NCBI GenBank assembly: GCA_944322965.1
Contig: CALUQR010000001.1
Location: forward strand, 327,815-391,814
Direction: 5' to 3'
DNA length: 64,000 nt
From: Vulcanimicrobiota bacterium
GTDB taxonomy: Bacteria; Vulcanimicrobiota; Xenobia; Xenobiales; Xenobiaceae
The notes under the pieces were generated by a model that saw only the letters and a program-made list of their open reading frames with translations, ran no database searches and was not told the origin of the DNA. Positions within the stretch are counted from its first letter, which is position 1. Each line of letters starts with the position of its first letter. Made by a program: the position numbers and the translations under genes. This document shows, one piece after another, positions 8,555-21,591 of the stretch.

Positions 8555-9646
8555 TTAGAGACTAATATCCTCCAGGAGCAAGAAGCGGGAGGGGGTAGTA
8601 GTCAACTCGGGGTCGTTATCGAAGATTAAACCCAAATTGTAGGTGGCGCCCACCTGGTAAGCGGCGATCCCGGAAGCGAAATTGCCGGGCGCGATATTGT
8701 CGGCCACTAGGCGAGCCTGTGAAGAGCCGTCGGGTTGGAACCAGATCTGACTAGTACCCGCCCGGCGTTCGTCGGGGGTCTTAGAGGAGACTAAGAGCAA
8801 GAGGCCGCGGTCGGGCACGTGGAAGATATCGGTCAAGACGAAAGGCTCATTGATAGTGGGGTCCAGGCCGGGGATGAGCGAGGTGGGGAGCGTCTCAAAA
8901 CGCAAGCGCTTTTTGCGATTAATCACATCTTGCAGGGAGATGCGGTAGATAAGGACCGATTCGTCGGGGTTGACCGGCTGGGAGAGGGCGAAATAGAGCG
9001 AATCGCTCACTTGGTCGCAGGTGACGCCCTCTACGCGCAGGCGCTCCTTAGCGTTCTCGCCAAAGAAGCCCGTACGCCGCCAAGCTAATTCCGGATCGTA
9101 ATTAGTCTCCGCGGAATTATCGGTAAAGCGCTCGTTGCGCAACTCGTAATAATGCAAGACGCCTCGGGCCCAGAGGAAGCGCACATTATTCTGGACGTGA
9201 TGGTGGCTGCCTACTACGAAGAATTTATTGTCCTCTAAGTTGCAAAGGCCCGTATAGCGCGGCTGAGACATGGTGCGCGGCTCCGCTAAGCGGCGGAAAC
9301 GGCGGCCCTCCAAATCGAAGATGTGCAACTGGGGGCTATTCTCATCGCAAATTAAGACTCGGTCCCGACTCAAAAAGGAGATGCCTGTGGGGCGGAAATT
9401 CATCAAGACCCCGTCGTCGCCGCGCAGATCGTAGAGGGGTAACTCCTCCTGCGTCGGGGCGCTCGCCGAGGGGGTAGACTCCACCTCTACCGTAGTCTCA
9501 GCGGGCAGAGAGAGTTCCTCCTTTAAGATAACCGGCTCTTCGTTTTCCGCCTGGACCTGGACGGCCGTTTGGGCCCCTAGAGGCGCCCAGAGAGAGCCAG
9601 CCAAAGCCCAAGTTAGGAGCGCAGTATAGAAATAACGTCGTTGCAT
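8555..9646 (-). CDS. secreted hypothetical protein (signal peptide; start moved to internal ATG)
   Basis: The signal peptide is MQRRYFYTALLTWALAGSLWAPLGAQ. GGAGAG lies 4 nt before ATG, whose reverse complement is at 9644-9646. The ORF-track start at 9757 lacks a signal peptide or RBS. Confidence 0.5.
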   Translation of the reverse strand: MQRRYFYTALLTWALAGSLWAPLGAQTAVQVQAENEEPVILKEELSLPAETTVEVESTPSASAPTQEELPLYDLRGDDGVLMNFRPTGISFLSRDRVLICDENSPQLHIFDLEGRRFRRLAEPRTMSQPRYTGLCNLEDNKFFVVGSHHHVQNNVRFLWARGVLHYYELRNERFTDNSAETNYDPELAWRRTGFFGENAKERLRVEGVTCDQVSDSLYFALSQPVNPDESVLIYRISLQDVINRKKRLRFETLPTSLIPGLDPTINEPFVLTDIFHVPDRGLLLLVSSKTPDERRAGTSQIWFQPDGSSQARLVADNIAPGNFASGIAAYQVGATYNLGLIFDNDPELTTTPSRFLLLEDISL

Positions 9647-9825
9647 AAGTCTCTCCCCGAAAAGCAAAAGGATGGCTACCAATTCTTTTTGGCCCGCTCG
9701 AAGCCCTGCTATCTGGGGCTTAGGGGGAGGAGAGCGCCCCTCTTTGCAAAATACCACTCCCCCCTGGGGAGGGCGGCGTATGGAGGGGCAGTAACCCTAA
9801 GTCGGGGAGAGCGGAGGCTAGAACT

Positions 9826-10083
9826 ATGGCCCAAGAGGGCGTCAACGAGAAATTGCAATCGATAGTAGATCGCATCGAAGCCTTAGAAGAGGAGAAGGCG
9901 GGCATCGCCCACGACATCAAAGAGGTCTACTCCCAAGCTAAATTGGAAGGCTTCGACGTCAAAGTTCTGCGCCAGGTCATCCGGCTGCGCAAGATGGAAC
10001 AGCGCGAGCGGGAAGAGGAAGAGAGTCTGCTCTCTATGTACATGCAGGCCCTGGGGATGTACAAGAAACCGGCCGACATGTAG
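9826..10083 (+). CDS. GapR / DUF2312-family small nucleoid-associated DNA-binding protein
   Basis: DIKEVYSQAKLEGFDVKVLRQVIRLRKMEQREREEEESLL aligns residue-for-residue with Caulobacter GapR ([27 protein letters not shown]...EEDAILDLY). Confidence 0.8.
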   Translation: MAQEGVNEKLQSIVDRIEALEEEKAGIAHDIKEVYSQAKLEGFDVKVLRQVIRLRKMEQREREEEESLLSMYMQALGMYKKPADM

Positions 10084-10118
10084 TTAGTAAGCCCAGGCCG
10101 GAAGTTGCCCGCCTAGCC

Positions 10119-10146
10119 TTGACAGGGGCCAAGTTTCGGCTATAAT
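10119..10146 (+). promoter_or_regulatory. near-consensus sigma70 promoter TTGACA-N16-TATAAT driving tRNA-Pro
   Basis: Seen directly: TTGACA at 10119-10124 and TATAAT at 10141-10146, about 24 nt upstream of the tRNA 5' end. Confidence 0.55.
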
Positions 10147-10169
10147 ACGGGAGACCAAAAGATTAGTGT

Positions 10170-10246
10170 CGAGGCGTAGCGCAGCCTGGCAGCGCGCAAC
10201 GTTCGGGACGTTGAGGTCGGAGGTTCAAATCCTCTCGCCTCGACCA
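10170..10246 (+). tRNA. tRNA-Pro (anticodon CGG)
   Basis: The cloverleaf folds by hand: acceptor CGAGGCG/CGCCTCG, D-stem GCGC/GCGC, anticodon stem CAACG/CGTTG with loop TTCGGGA, T-arm GGAGGTTCAAATCCTCT, encoded CCA. It is near-identical in architecture to E. coli proK. Confidence 0.85.
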
Positions 10247-10255
10247 TAAAAAGAT

Positions 10256-10300
10256 TGCCTGCCGTCTCTTCCCCCCCCGAGGCGGCAGGCTCCCTTTTTA
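10256..10300 (+). terminator. rho-independent terminator (GCCTGCCG...CGGCAGGC + TCCCTTTTTATTT)
   Basis: A perfect 8-bp GC stem with a C-rich loop is followed by a T-run immediately 3' of the tRNA. Confidence 0.7.
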
Positions 10301-10306
10301 TTTAAT

Positions 10307-10385
10307 GCGGAATTCGTAATTCGTAATTAGGAATTAGGGGAGAGGATTAATTCGGAATTAGGAGTGCGTAATGCGTAATTGGGGG
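10307..10385. repeat. array of about 10 degenerate heptamers (TAATTCG / TAATTAG / TAATGCG family)
   Basis: Read directly: AATTCGTAATTCGTAATTAGGAATTAGG...TTCGGAATTAGGAGTGCGTAATGCGTAATT. Confidence 0.5.
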
Positions 10386-10538
10386 TCGCCAACGGGAGGG
10401 GAGGTTGTGGCTCTAACTTTGGTTTCGGCAGGACTTAGGGGCGAGAGAGCAGGGAGTTAATTTCTGGCTAGTTCCGTAGGTGGCTTGGCTGGGGGAGGAG
10501 GGCAATTCCGAATTCCTAACTGTCGGAAATGCGCCAGA

Positions 10539-10581
10539 ACGCAATCTACGGCGCGGCCGGTGGGCCGCGCCGTAGATTGCG
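10539..10581. repeat. perfect palindrome, 18-bp arms (GCAATCTACGGCGCGGCC ggt GGGCCGCGCCGTAGATTGC)
   Basis: Seen directly in the sequence, with a 3-nt spacer. Confidence 0.6.
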
Positions 10582-10639
10582 ACGATTCTTACATAGGTCA
10601 AGCTACTTCCAGATCCGCCAAGCCACTAACAAGCGCCAT

Positions 10640-10676
10640 CTAATTCCGCATTACGCATTCCGCATTCCGAATTATT
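10640..10676. repeat. inverted copy of the heptamer array (about 5 units), overlapping 3' end of the Ser-rich gene
   Basis: CTAATTCCGCATTACGCATTCCGCATTCCGAATT is the reverse complement of GAATGCG/TAATGCG/GAATTAG-type units. A further short inverted copy (AATTCCGAATTCCTAA) lies at 10504-10520. Confidence 0.45.
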
Positions 10677-11437
10677 TTAAAAGTTCCCTTAACCAGGAGG
10701 GTGCTGCCCAGGGAGTCGCCGCCGCCCAGCATGCCGCCCCAGGCGCCCAGGGGGGAGGTCATGATGGACTTGCCCATTTTGGCCATGGCTTCGCCCGACT
10801 CGCCGTCCATGAGGTTGCCCATAATGTAGAGATCGAGGCCGCGCAGCTGCTCGCTGGGGGAGACGCCAGCCATAGTCGCTTGCAGTTGCCACTGGGGCCA
10901 CTCGGTGCGCAATTCGTCGCTGAGATCCTCCATCTTATCGCTCATCTTGCCATCGACCCGGTAGGAAGCTAAGCGCAGAGCCGACGACTTGTTGATGGCC
11001 GCGCTGGAGAGCCCGTCATTTTCGTCATAATCCGAATTATCGAAGACGTCGGAGATGGCTTCCAATTTGAGCGCCGTGCGGGGGGCGTTCTTGATCATCT
11101 CTCGAGCTTCCTTGCGGATATTGGCCCTCTCCTCTCTAGGGAAGAGGTGGGCGCTAGACATGAGGTCGGTAGCCTGTTGGGTGATGAGGGAGATCCAGTC
11201 GGAGGAGCTCATCTTATCCTTCTTGCTGGAACTGGCCGCCGAGGAGCCGTTGGCGAAGCTGGCCGAGGAGATGGCCTGGCTGCGCTCGGAGAGGGTTACG
11301 CCCTCCTCAGGTTGGGAGGATTCCTCCGCTTTAGAGGCGGCGGAAGATTGGATCGCCTCTTGGATGGGGGTCGTCGCTTGAGTAGCAAAAGTAGATTGTA
11401 TATGAGAGTTATTGAATTTTACTGAGTCCAGCGCCAT
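10640..11437 (-). CDS. Ser-rich hypothetical protein (265 aa), orphan
   Basis: The ORF has an AT-rich promoter region at 11440-11600. It is low complexity and S/A-rich with no recognisable domain. Confidence 0.45.
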   Translation of the reverse strand: MALDSVKFNNSHIQSTFATQATTPIQEAIQSSAASKAEESSQPEEGVTLSERSQAISSASFANGSSAASSSKKDKMSSSDWISLITQQATDLMSSAHLFPREERANIRKEAREMIKNAPRTALKLEAISDVFDNSDYDENDGLSSAAINKSSALRLASYRVDGKMSDKMEDLSDELRTEWPQWQLQATMAGVSPSEQLRGLDLYIMGNLMDGESGEAMAKMGKSIMTSPLGAWGGMLGGGDSLGSTLLVKGTFKIIRNAECVMRN

Positions 11438-11610
11438 AGCTCCTAGCCTCCTCTATAATAGACGCAATACCGCCGCTAAAGGGCCTGCGCCGCCGCTAGC
11501 CGAGATTAGATTAAGTACTCTAGCTTTTTCTCAGTATAATAAATAAATGTAAGCTTAAAAAAATTTAAATTGTTAACTTTTTGTGATCGAGAGATCTTTA
11601 GTTGGGCAAC

Positions 11611-12147
11611 TCAACCTTGGAGAGCCTTGGCGCCCGGGGCGGGGGGCAGCCCTTGGGGGGTGCAGGGGATACTGACGATACAGCGTTCCGGCTTAAAGCC
11701 CAGCCACTGGGTAGTCTTCAATTGGCCGTGGGGTCCCAGGCCCACTTCGGCCGCTAGGTAGCGGCAGCCGCGCTTATAGGCCTCGCGGGCGGCATGACGC
11801 ACTAACCTCTTGGCCAGCCGACCGTCCCTCCAGGGCGGGGCTACGGCGAGGTAGATAATAAAAGCCTGGGGCTCTCCGCTGGCCCGATCGATATCCTCTA
11901 CGTCTAAGAGTAGGCAGCCCGCTAGGGCGCCGGAGGGGGCGACGGCCACTAAGACTAGGAAGCTAGCTTGGGTAACTAAGAGCTCCTCTAGACGGTCTAG
12001 CCGCTGCAGGACGCGGCGGGCCAAGGTTTCGGGGGAGAGGCCGCGGGGAGAGTCTTGGGCCTCTAAGAAGGAGCGGAAGATGAGCTGACGGATAGCCGAG
12101 CAATCTTCGGGGCGGGCCCAGCGGAGGGCGAAGGGGGATTGGCCCAT
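11611..12147 (-). CDS. GNAT-family N-acetyltransferase
   Basis: AFIIYLAVAPPWRDGRLAKRLVRHAAREAYKRGCRYLAAEV matches the acetyl-CoA-binding motif A/B layout of GNAT enzymes. Confidence 0.55.
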   Translation of the reverse strand: MGQSPFALRWARPEDCSAIRQLIFRSFLEAQDSPRGLSPETLARRVLQRLDRLEELLVTQASFLVLVAVAPSGALAGCLLLDVEDIDRASGEPQAFIIYLAVAPPWRDGRLAKRLVRHAAREAYKRGCRYLAAEVGLGPHGQLKTTQWLGFKPERCIVSIPCTPQGLPPAPGAKALQG

Positions 12148-12163
12148 ACTCCTAGCCCCCCCT

Positions 12164-13069
12164 TTAAGCGTCTACTATCTCTTGGAAGGGTACGGTTTCA
12201 AAATTCGTATATTTGGGGGGCTGCAGCTCTATGAGGCGGCGCATTAAGGGCAGGCGCAGGGGGGAGGGGTCCTCTAAGACGAGGTGCGTAAAGGGGCGGT
12301 CCGCGGAGCGCCAATGGGGGGAGAGCAGATCTTGGATATCCTCTAAGCGGACGACGACATTCTCCGGCTCTCCGATGGGGAAGCGGCCGAAGAGCAGGCG
12401 TCCGGGCTTACTGAGGATGAGGGCGTCGATGCCGGGGATGACCGTGGGGCCCTGTTCCGTCCAAAAGATAGTGCGGTAGACCTGATCGCGGGCGTTCTTA
12501 TCGCGCAAGAGGGAGATGCGAGGCACGGCCAAGGAGAGGCTGGCGTAGCGCTTAATAAGTTGTTGGCGGGCGTTGGCGTAGTGCCAGAGTCCGTCCGTCT
12601 GCTCTAGGGGCAGGGAGTAGAGGTTACCCTCTAAGCGCGCCTGGCGGCAGGTTTGGCGGTTAATCTCCGTCCACTCGGTGAGCAGATGGGAGGTATTGGG
12701 GCGCTTAATGATCTTCCCCACGCTAATGCGCAGCCAGTAGCAGCCCCGGGTAGCCAATTTGACTACGATGGGTAGGCTCTCGCGGGCTACGAAGGTGGGG
12801 CAGGTGCAGGGGATGAGGGCCCGCAATCCGCTGGGGCTGGCGGTAGCTCCGTCGCAATCGATAACTTCCTGAGCGGGCGGGGAGCAGATAAAGGTAAAGG
12901 TAACTAGGGTCTCCGGGTTGGAGTATTCGGCGCTCCACAGAGCCCCCCGAGCCCCGCCCTCGCTAAATTCGACGTGTTGGGAGATGGCCTCTACCTCGCG
13001 GTGTAACTCTTGGGGAGAGGGAACTGCGGCATCCGCGGGGACTAAATACTCTACTTCAAAGAGGAACAC
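12164..13069 (-). CDS. hypothetical protein (301 aa), Cys-containing
   Basis: The ORF follows the GNAT gene on the minus strand and is divergent from rpoB. No recognisable motif. Confidence 0.4.
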   Translation of the reverse strand: MFLFEVEYLVPADAAVPSPQELHREVEAISQHVEFSEGGARGALWSAEYSNPETLVTFTFICSPPAQEVIDCDGATASPSGLRALIPCTCPTFVARESLPIVVKLATRGCYWLRISVGKIIKRPNTSHLLTEWTEINRQTCRQARLEGNLYSLPLEQTDGLWHYANARQQLIKRYASLSLAVPRISLLRDKNARDQVYRTIFWTEQGPTVIPGIDALILSKPGRLLFGRFPIGEPENVVVRLEDIQDLLSPHWRSADRPFTHLVLEDPSPLRLPLMRRLIELQPPKYTNFETVPFQEIVDA

Positions 13070-13189
13070 AACCTACCCCTAGTCGTCAAAAGTTGGGGGC
13101 CGCCCTTCGCTCTAGCGAGAGGACCCCTGGCCTTCTTCCCCAGCCTCTCTTTAGAGACCTGCAACCTCTTTATATTTTAACCTTCTCCC

Positions 13190-13218
13190 TTGACAGAGGC
13201 CAGGGAGCGCAGTAATAT
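13190..13218 (+). promoter_or_regulatory. near-consensus sigma70 promoter TTGACA-N17-TAATAT upstream of rpoB with approx 350-nt leader
   Basis: Seen directly. Its flank CCTTGACAGAGGCCAGG closely resembles the tRNA-Pro promoter flank CCTTGACAGGGGCCAAG. Confidence 0.5.
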
Positions 13219-13569
13219 GTTTTGTGCGTTTGGAGGATCCTGCCTAGCAGCGCCTCCATGGGGCTTACTAGCCTCCGCCAGGTCGGGTCTTTAGATTCCG
13301 GTCGCAAAAACAAGCTCGGAACAAGCTATTGTCTAGTAGAGTTTTATAAAAAGGGAATAGAAAAGCTCACGCGCCAGCAAGAGGAAAGGCTTGGTGTGTA
13401 CTTTTTTTTTCTCTGAGGCCATGTTTAGGGGACTTTTTTTGCTCTGAGTGGGACTTGGGGCAAGCGTGGCAGTCTATCTGCGAAGTTGGGAGCGCTGAGC
13501 GTGAGCGCTTTCGGAAAAGTCGGCGGCGTGGTTTGTGACGCGTAATTGCGCAGAGGAGGATCTTCTCGA

Positions 13570-16500
13570 ATGTCGTTTCTTCGACACAAGAACGAGGCCA
13601 CAGGGCGTATATCTTTTCAAAAAGTTCCGCCAGTTATGGAGCTGCCCTATCTCATAGAGCTCCAGTGCTCGTCTTATGAACGCTTTATTGAAGAGGGTAT
13701 GACCGATACCTTCAAAGACATCTCTCCCATCGAGGATTTCACTGGCAACTTAGTCCTGGAGTTCTTGGAGCATAAGTTAGAGGACCCCACCCATCCGGTG
13801 GAAGAGTGCCGCGATAAAGACGTAACTTACGCCCGGCCTCTGAAGGTCAAAGTGCGCCTGACCACCAAGGAGAATGGTGAGATCCGGGAAGCGCGGGAGC
13901 AGGAGATCTTTATGGGCGAGTTCCCGGCCATGACCGACCGGGGCACCTTCGTCATCAACGGCGCGGAGCGCGTCATCGTCAGCCAGTTAGTCCGCTCGCC
14001 AGGTATCTACTACCAACACCACGAGGATCCGGCCACCGGTCTCTCCACCTGGTCGGCGGTAGTCATCCCCAACCGCGGGGCCTGGATGGAGTTTGAGACG
14101 GACGTCGCGGGCATCATCTACGTGCGCATCGATAAGGCGCGCAAGTTGCCGGCCACCGTCTTATTGCGCGCTTTAGAGTATGAGAGCGACGAAGATATTT
14201 TAAACCTCTTCGATGGCGAGCCCCTCCTCCAACCTACTTTAGATAAAGATTCCGTCGATACCGTCGAGGAAGCCCTCTTAGAGATCTACAAAAAGCAGCG
14301 CCCCGGCGAGCAGCCCTCCCAGGAGAGCGCCCGCACCCTCTTAAATAACCTCTTCTTCGAGCGCAAGCGTTACGATCTGGCCCGGGTAGGCAGTTACCGT
14401 TTGGCCCGCAAGTTGGGTCAGAAGGTAGTCTGCACCCACTGCGGCGCTTACAATATGCCCGACGACGCCAAGTGTCAGCAGTGCAGCCGTCCCTTAGAGT
14501 TCGCCCCCACCCTGCGTCGCTCCGACGTCGTGGCGGCGGTGCGCTATATGTTGGCCCTCATGAAGGCCGACCAGTACCGGCGCACGGACGACGCCAGCAT
14601 CTTGGGCCAAGGCTTAAAGCTCAGCTTAGAGAACGGTTTCTTGAAGCTCAAAGCCTGCGACGAGTCGGCCTTCGACGTCTTAGTTAAGCACGACGACATC
14701 GACCACTTAGGCAACCGGCGTATCCGCGGGGTAGGCGAGCTCTTGCAAAACCAGTTCCGGGTGGGCTTATTGCGCTTAGAGCGCGTAGTGCGCGAGCGCA
14801 TGTCCGTCCAGGATGTGGAGACGATTACCCCCCAGGTCTTAATCAATATCCGTCCGGTGGTAGCCGCCATTAAGGAGTTCTTCGGCTCCTCCCAGCTCTC
14901 CCAATTTATGGATCAGACCAATATGTTGGCCGAGCTGACCCACAAGCGCCGCCTCTCCGCCTTAGGTCCGGGCGGTCTCTCCCGCGAGCGCGCCGGCTTC
15001 GAAGTGCGCGACGTCCACGACTCTCACTACGGGCGCATCTGTCCTATTGAGACTCCGGAAGGTCCTAACATCGGCCTCATCGGTTCCCTGGCTACCTACG
15101 CGCGTATCAACTCCTTCGGCTTCATCGAGGCCCCGTACCGCAAGGTCAACCTCATCTTGGAGAACGAAGTTACTAATAAGCGCACCGGTCAGAAGTTTGC
15201 GGCCGGTTCCATCTTGAGTCGCGCCGACTACCAGGACCTCTTAGACCAGGAGATCGTGCCCCCGGTGCGGGTCCACGTCACCAACGAGATCCGCTACCAG
15301 GACGCCGACGTGGAAGACGAGTACGTCATCTGCCAGGCCAACACTCGTTTAGACGAGCGCAGCAATATTATCGATAAGCGCGTCGTAGTGCGCCGCAAGC
15401 GCGGCAAGAAAGAGACGATCGTCGTCCCTCGGGAAGAGGTCGACTATATGGACGTAACCCCTAAGCAGATCGTCTCCGTAGCTACGGCTCTCATCCCCTT
15501 CTTAGAGCATGACGACGCTAACCGCGCCTTGATGGGCGCCAACATGCAGCGCCAGGCGGTCCCCTTACTCTCCCCGCAGGCCCCCATCGTAGGGACGGGA
15601 ATGGAGTATAGGGCGGCTACGGACTCCGGCGCCTTGGTCATCTCCAAGCACAAGGGTTACGTGAGCTCCGTCTCCGCCACGGCGGTTACGGTCACCGACG
15701 AATTGGGCCAAGAGCACGAGTACCATCTGCGCAAGTTTAAGCGCTCCAACGCCGGCACTTGTATCAACCAGCGCCCCGCCGTAGAGCGCGGTCAGCGGGT
15801 AGATGTGCGCAGCGTCTTGGCCGACGGCGCCTCCTCCGTCAACGGCGAGTTGGCCTTAGGGCGCAACGTCTTAGTGGCCTTCATGCCTTGGGAAGGTTAC
15901 AACTACGAGGACGCTATCTTACTCAGCGAGGAAGTGGCTCGGGACGACGTCTTCACCTCCATCCACATCGAAGAGCACGAGTGCGAAGCTCGCGACACCA
16001 AGTTGGGCGCGGAAGAGATTACCCGCGACATCCCCAGCGTAGGCGAGGACGCCTTAAAGGATCTGGATGAGAATGGTATCGTGCGTATCGGGGCCGAGGT
16101 CTCTACGGAAGATATCTTAGTGGGTAAGGTCACCCCCAAGGGCGAGACGGAATTGACCGCGGAAGAGCGCCTCTTGCGGGCCATCTTCGGCGAGAAGGCT
16201 CGCGACGTGCGCGACACCTCCCTCAAAGTGCCGCACGGCCAGAAGGGTAAGGTCATAGACGTCAAGGTCTTCACCCGCGAGAATACGGACGAATTGAAGC
16301 CGGGCGTCAATAAGTTGGTGCGCGTCTACGTGGCCCAAAAGCGCAAGATTATGCAGGGCGACAAGATGGCCGGCCGCCACGGTAATAAGGGTGTCGTCTC
16401 CCGGGTTATGCCCATCGAAGATATGCCCTACCTGCCTGATGGCACTCCGGTCCAGATCGTCTTGAACCCTCTGGGCGTGCCTTCGCGTATGAATATCGGT

Positions 16501-17499
16501 CAGATCTTGGAGACCCACCTGGGCTTAGCTATGGATATGCTCTCCGAGCCCGGCCAGCCCCGCTTCCGGGTAGAGGTGCCGGTCTTTGACTCCGCCTCCG
16601 AGCGCGAGATCTCCGAGGTTATGAATACGGCCCGCCTGCAAGTCGACTTGCGCCGCAAGAACGTCTACTTGAGCACGGAAGAGATCGTCTACATCTTAGA
16701 CGAGCCCAGCCGCGTCTCGCGCTTGCAGGAGTACTTGCAGAAGAAGACGGGTACTATCTTCACTACCGCCGAGGTCCAGAGCCTTTTAGATAAGGCCCCC
16801 GAGCACCAGTTGGCCCACGCCGTCTGCGAGGAGCTGCGCCAGTTTAAGCTCGATCCCCTGGAGATCGGTAAGGTCTTGCGCGAGCGGACTTTAGAGGACC
16901 GCTTAGGCGAGGTCTTGATCGGCCACCGCAAGCACTACAGCTTAGAGCAGATCCGTCAATTGGCGGAGTATATCGCCCGCTACCGTCAGCACGTAGTGGT
17001 AGACGGTAAGACGGTCCTCTACGACGGGCGCACGGGCGAGCCTTACGATGGGCGCGTGACCGTCGGTCAGATCTACATGCTCAAGTTGGCCCACTTGGTG
17101 GACGATAAGATCCACGCTCGCTCCACCGGCCCTTACAGCTTGATCACTCAGCAGCCTTTGGGCGGTAAGGCTCAGTTTGGCGGCCAGCGCTTCGGAGAGA
17201 TGGAAGTCTGGGCCTTGGAGGCCTACGGCGCGGCTTACACCTTACAAGAGCTCTTGACCGTGAAGTCGGACGACATCTTAGGTCGCGTCAAGACTTACGA
17301 GGCCATCGTCAAGGGTGAGAACGTGCTCGAACCTGGGGTTCCGGAATCCTTCAAAGTGCTCATTAAGGAGTTGCAGAGTTTGGCTCTGGACGTCAAGATC
17401 TTGGGCGCTGACGATAAGGAGATTGAGATCCGTTCGGTGGAAGATCAGGAGCCGATGCATGGTAGCGCCTCGCGCGAGCTCTTCGATATTACCGGATAG
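13570..17499 (+). CDS. rpoB: DNA-directed RNA polymerase beta subunit
   Basis: Full-length RpoB conservation (rifampicin region, [13 protein letters not shown], etc.). GAGGAGGA lies 9 nt before ATG 13570; the ORF-track TTG at 13546 is less likely. A Cys4 insertion lies near residues 290-320 of the ORF. Confidence 0.95.
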   Translation: MSFLRHKNEATGRISFQKVPPVMELPYLIELQCSSYERFIEEGMTDTFKDISPIEDFTGNLVLEFLEHKLEDPTHPVEECRDKDVTYARPLKVKVRLTTKENGEIREAREQEIFMGEFPAMTDRGTFVINGAERVIVSQLVRSPGIYYQHHEDPATGLSTWSAVVIPNRGAWMEFETDVAGIIYVRIDKARKLPATVLLRALEYESDEDILNLFDGEPLLQPTLDKDSVDTVEEALLEIYKKQRPGEQPSQESARTLLNNLFFERKRYDLARVGSYRLARKLGQKVVCTHCGAYNMPDDAKCQQCSRPLEFAPTLRRSDVVAAVRYMLALMKADQYRRTDDASILGQGLKLSLENGFLKLKACDESAFDVLVKHDDIDHLGNRRIRGVGELLQNQFRVGLLRLERVVRERMSVQDVETITPQVLINIRPVVAAIKEFFGSSQLSQFMDQTNMLAELTHKRRLSALGPGGLSRERAGFEVRDVHDSHYGRICPIETPEGPNIGLIGSLATYARINSFGFIEAPYRKVNLILENEVTNKRTGQKFAAGSILSRADYQDLLDQEIVPPVRVHVTNEIRYQDADVEDEYVICQANTRLDERSNIIDKRVVVRRKRGKKETIVVPREEVDYMDVTPKQIVSVATALIPFLEHDDANRALMGANMQRQAVPLLSPQAPIVGTGMEYRAATDSGALVISKHKGYVSSVSATAVTVTDELGQEHEYHLRKFKRSNAGTCINQRPAVERGQRVDVRSVLADGASSVNGELALGRNVLVAFMPWEGYNYEDAILLSEEVARDDVFTSIHIEEHECEARDTKLGAEEITRDIPSVGEDALKDLDENGIVRIGAEVSTEDILVGKVTPKGETELTAEERLLRAIFGEKARDVRDTSLKVPHGQKGKVIDVKVFTRENTDELKPGVNKLVRVYVAQKRKIMQGDKMAGRHGNKGVVSRVMPIEDMPYLPDGTPVQIVLNPLGVPSRMNIGQILETHLGLAMDMLSEPGQPRFRVEVPVFDSASEREISEVMNTARLQVDLRRKNVYLSTEEIVYILDEPSRVSRLQEYLQKKTGTIFTTAEVQSLLDKAPEHQLAHAVCEELRQFKLDPLEIGKVLRERTLEDRLGEVLIGHRKHYSLEQIRQLAEYIARYRQHVVVDGKTVLYDGRTGEPYDGRVTVGQIYMLKLAHLVDDKIHARSTGPYSLITQQPLGGKAQFGGQRFGEMEVWALEAYGAAYTLQELLTVKSDDILGRVKTYEAIVKGENVLEPGVPESFKVLIKELQSLALDVKILGADDKEIEIRSVEDQEPMHGSASRELFDITG

Positions 17500-17620
17500 C
17501 GCTCTGGCTGTCTCCTAACCCTCAAGTGAGAAGGGTTAGGGGGCCAGCTCTTACGGCGCGGCGGGGGAGAGGCTTAAGAGTTTAGCCCCTCTCTCGCCGC
17601 CAGGAGGACTCAAGTTAAGT

Positions 17621-21355
<3,735 letters not shown>

Positions 21356-21376
21356 AGCTTTGAGGGCTTTAGGTGA

Positions 21377-21423
21377 GAGGGCCGGGGGCCCTGGGGCTCA
21401 GAGCCCCAGGGCCCCCGGCCCTC
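21377..21423 (+). terminator. perfect 23-bp-arm GC-rich hairpin 3' of rpoC, no U-tract (I-shaped terminator or RNA end-protection element)
   Basis: GAGGGCCGGGGGCCCTGGGGCTC a GAGCCCCAGGGCCCCCGGCCCTC, read directly. Confidence 0.5.
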
Positions 21424-21591
21424 AGAGCTCTCCCCGGTAGCTGAGGGATCTCTAGGGATGGGATTACCCTTAAGAATCCTTAGAACTTAGGCCCTCCAGA
21501 GTGGGGAGAGCTCTCTAAAAAGAGGTTTTTTAGCCTTTTTTGCTAAGAAAAAGGGTGAAAATGTAGGTTGGAAGAGTAGGGAGATTGTTCG

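Noticed and set aside
10300-10680. CRISPR array
   Set aside because: The repeats are 7-nt degenerate units in inverted arrays, not 25-40-nt direct repeats with unique spacers. There are no cas genes.
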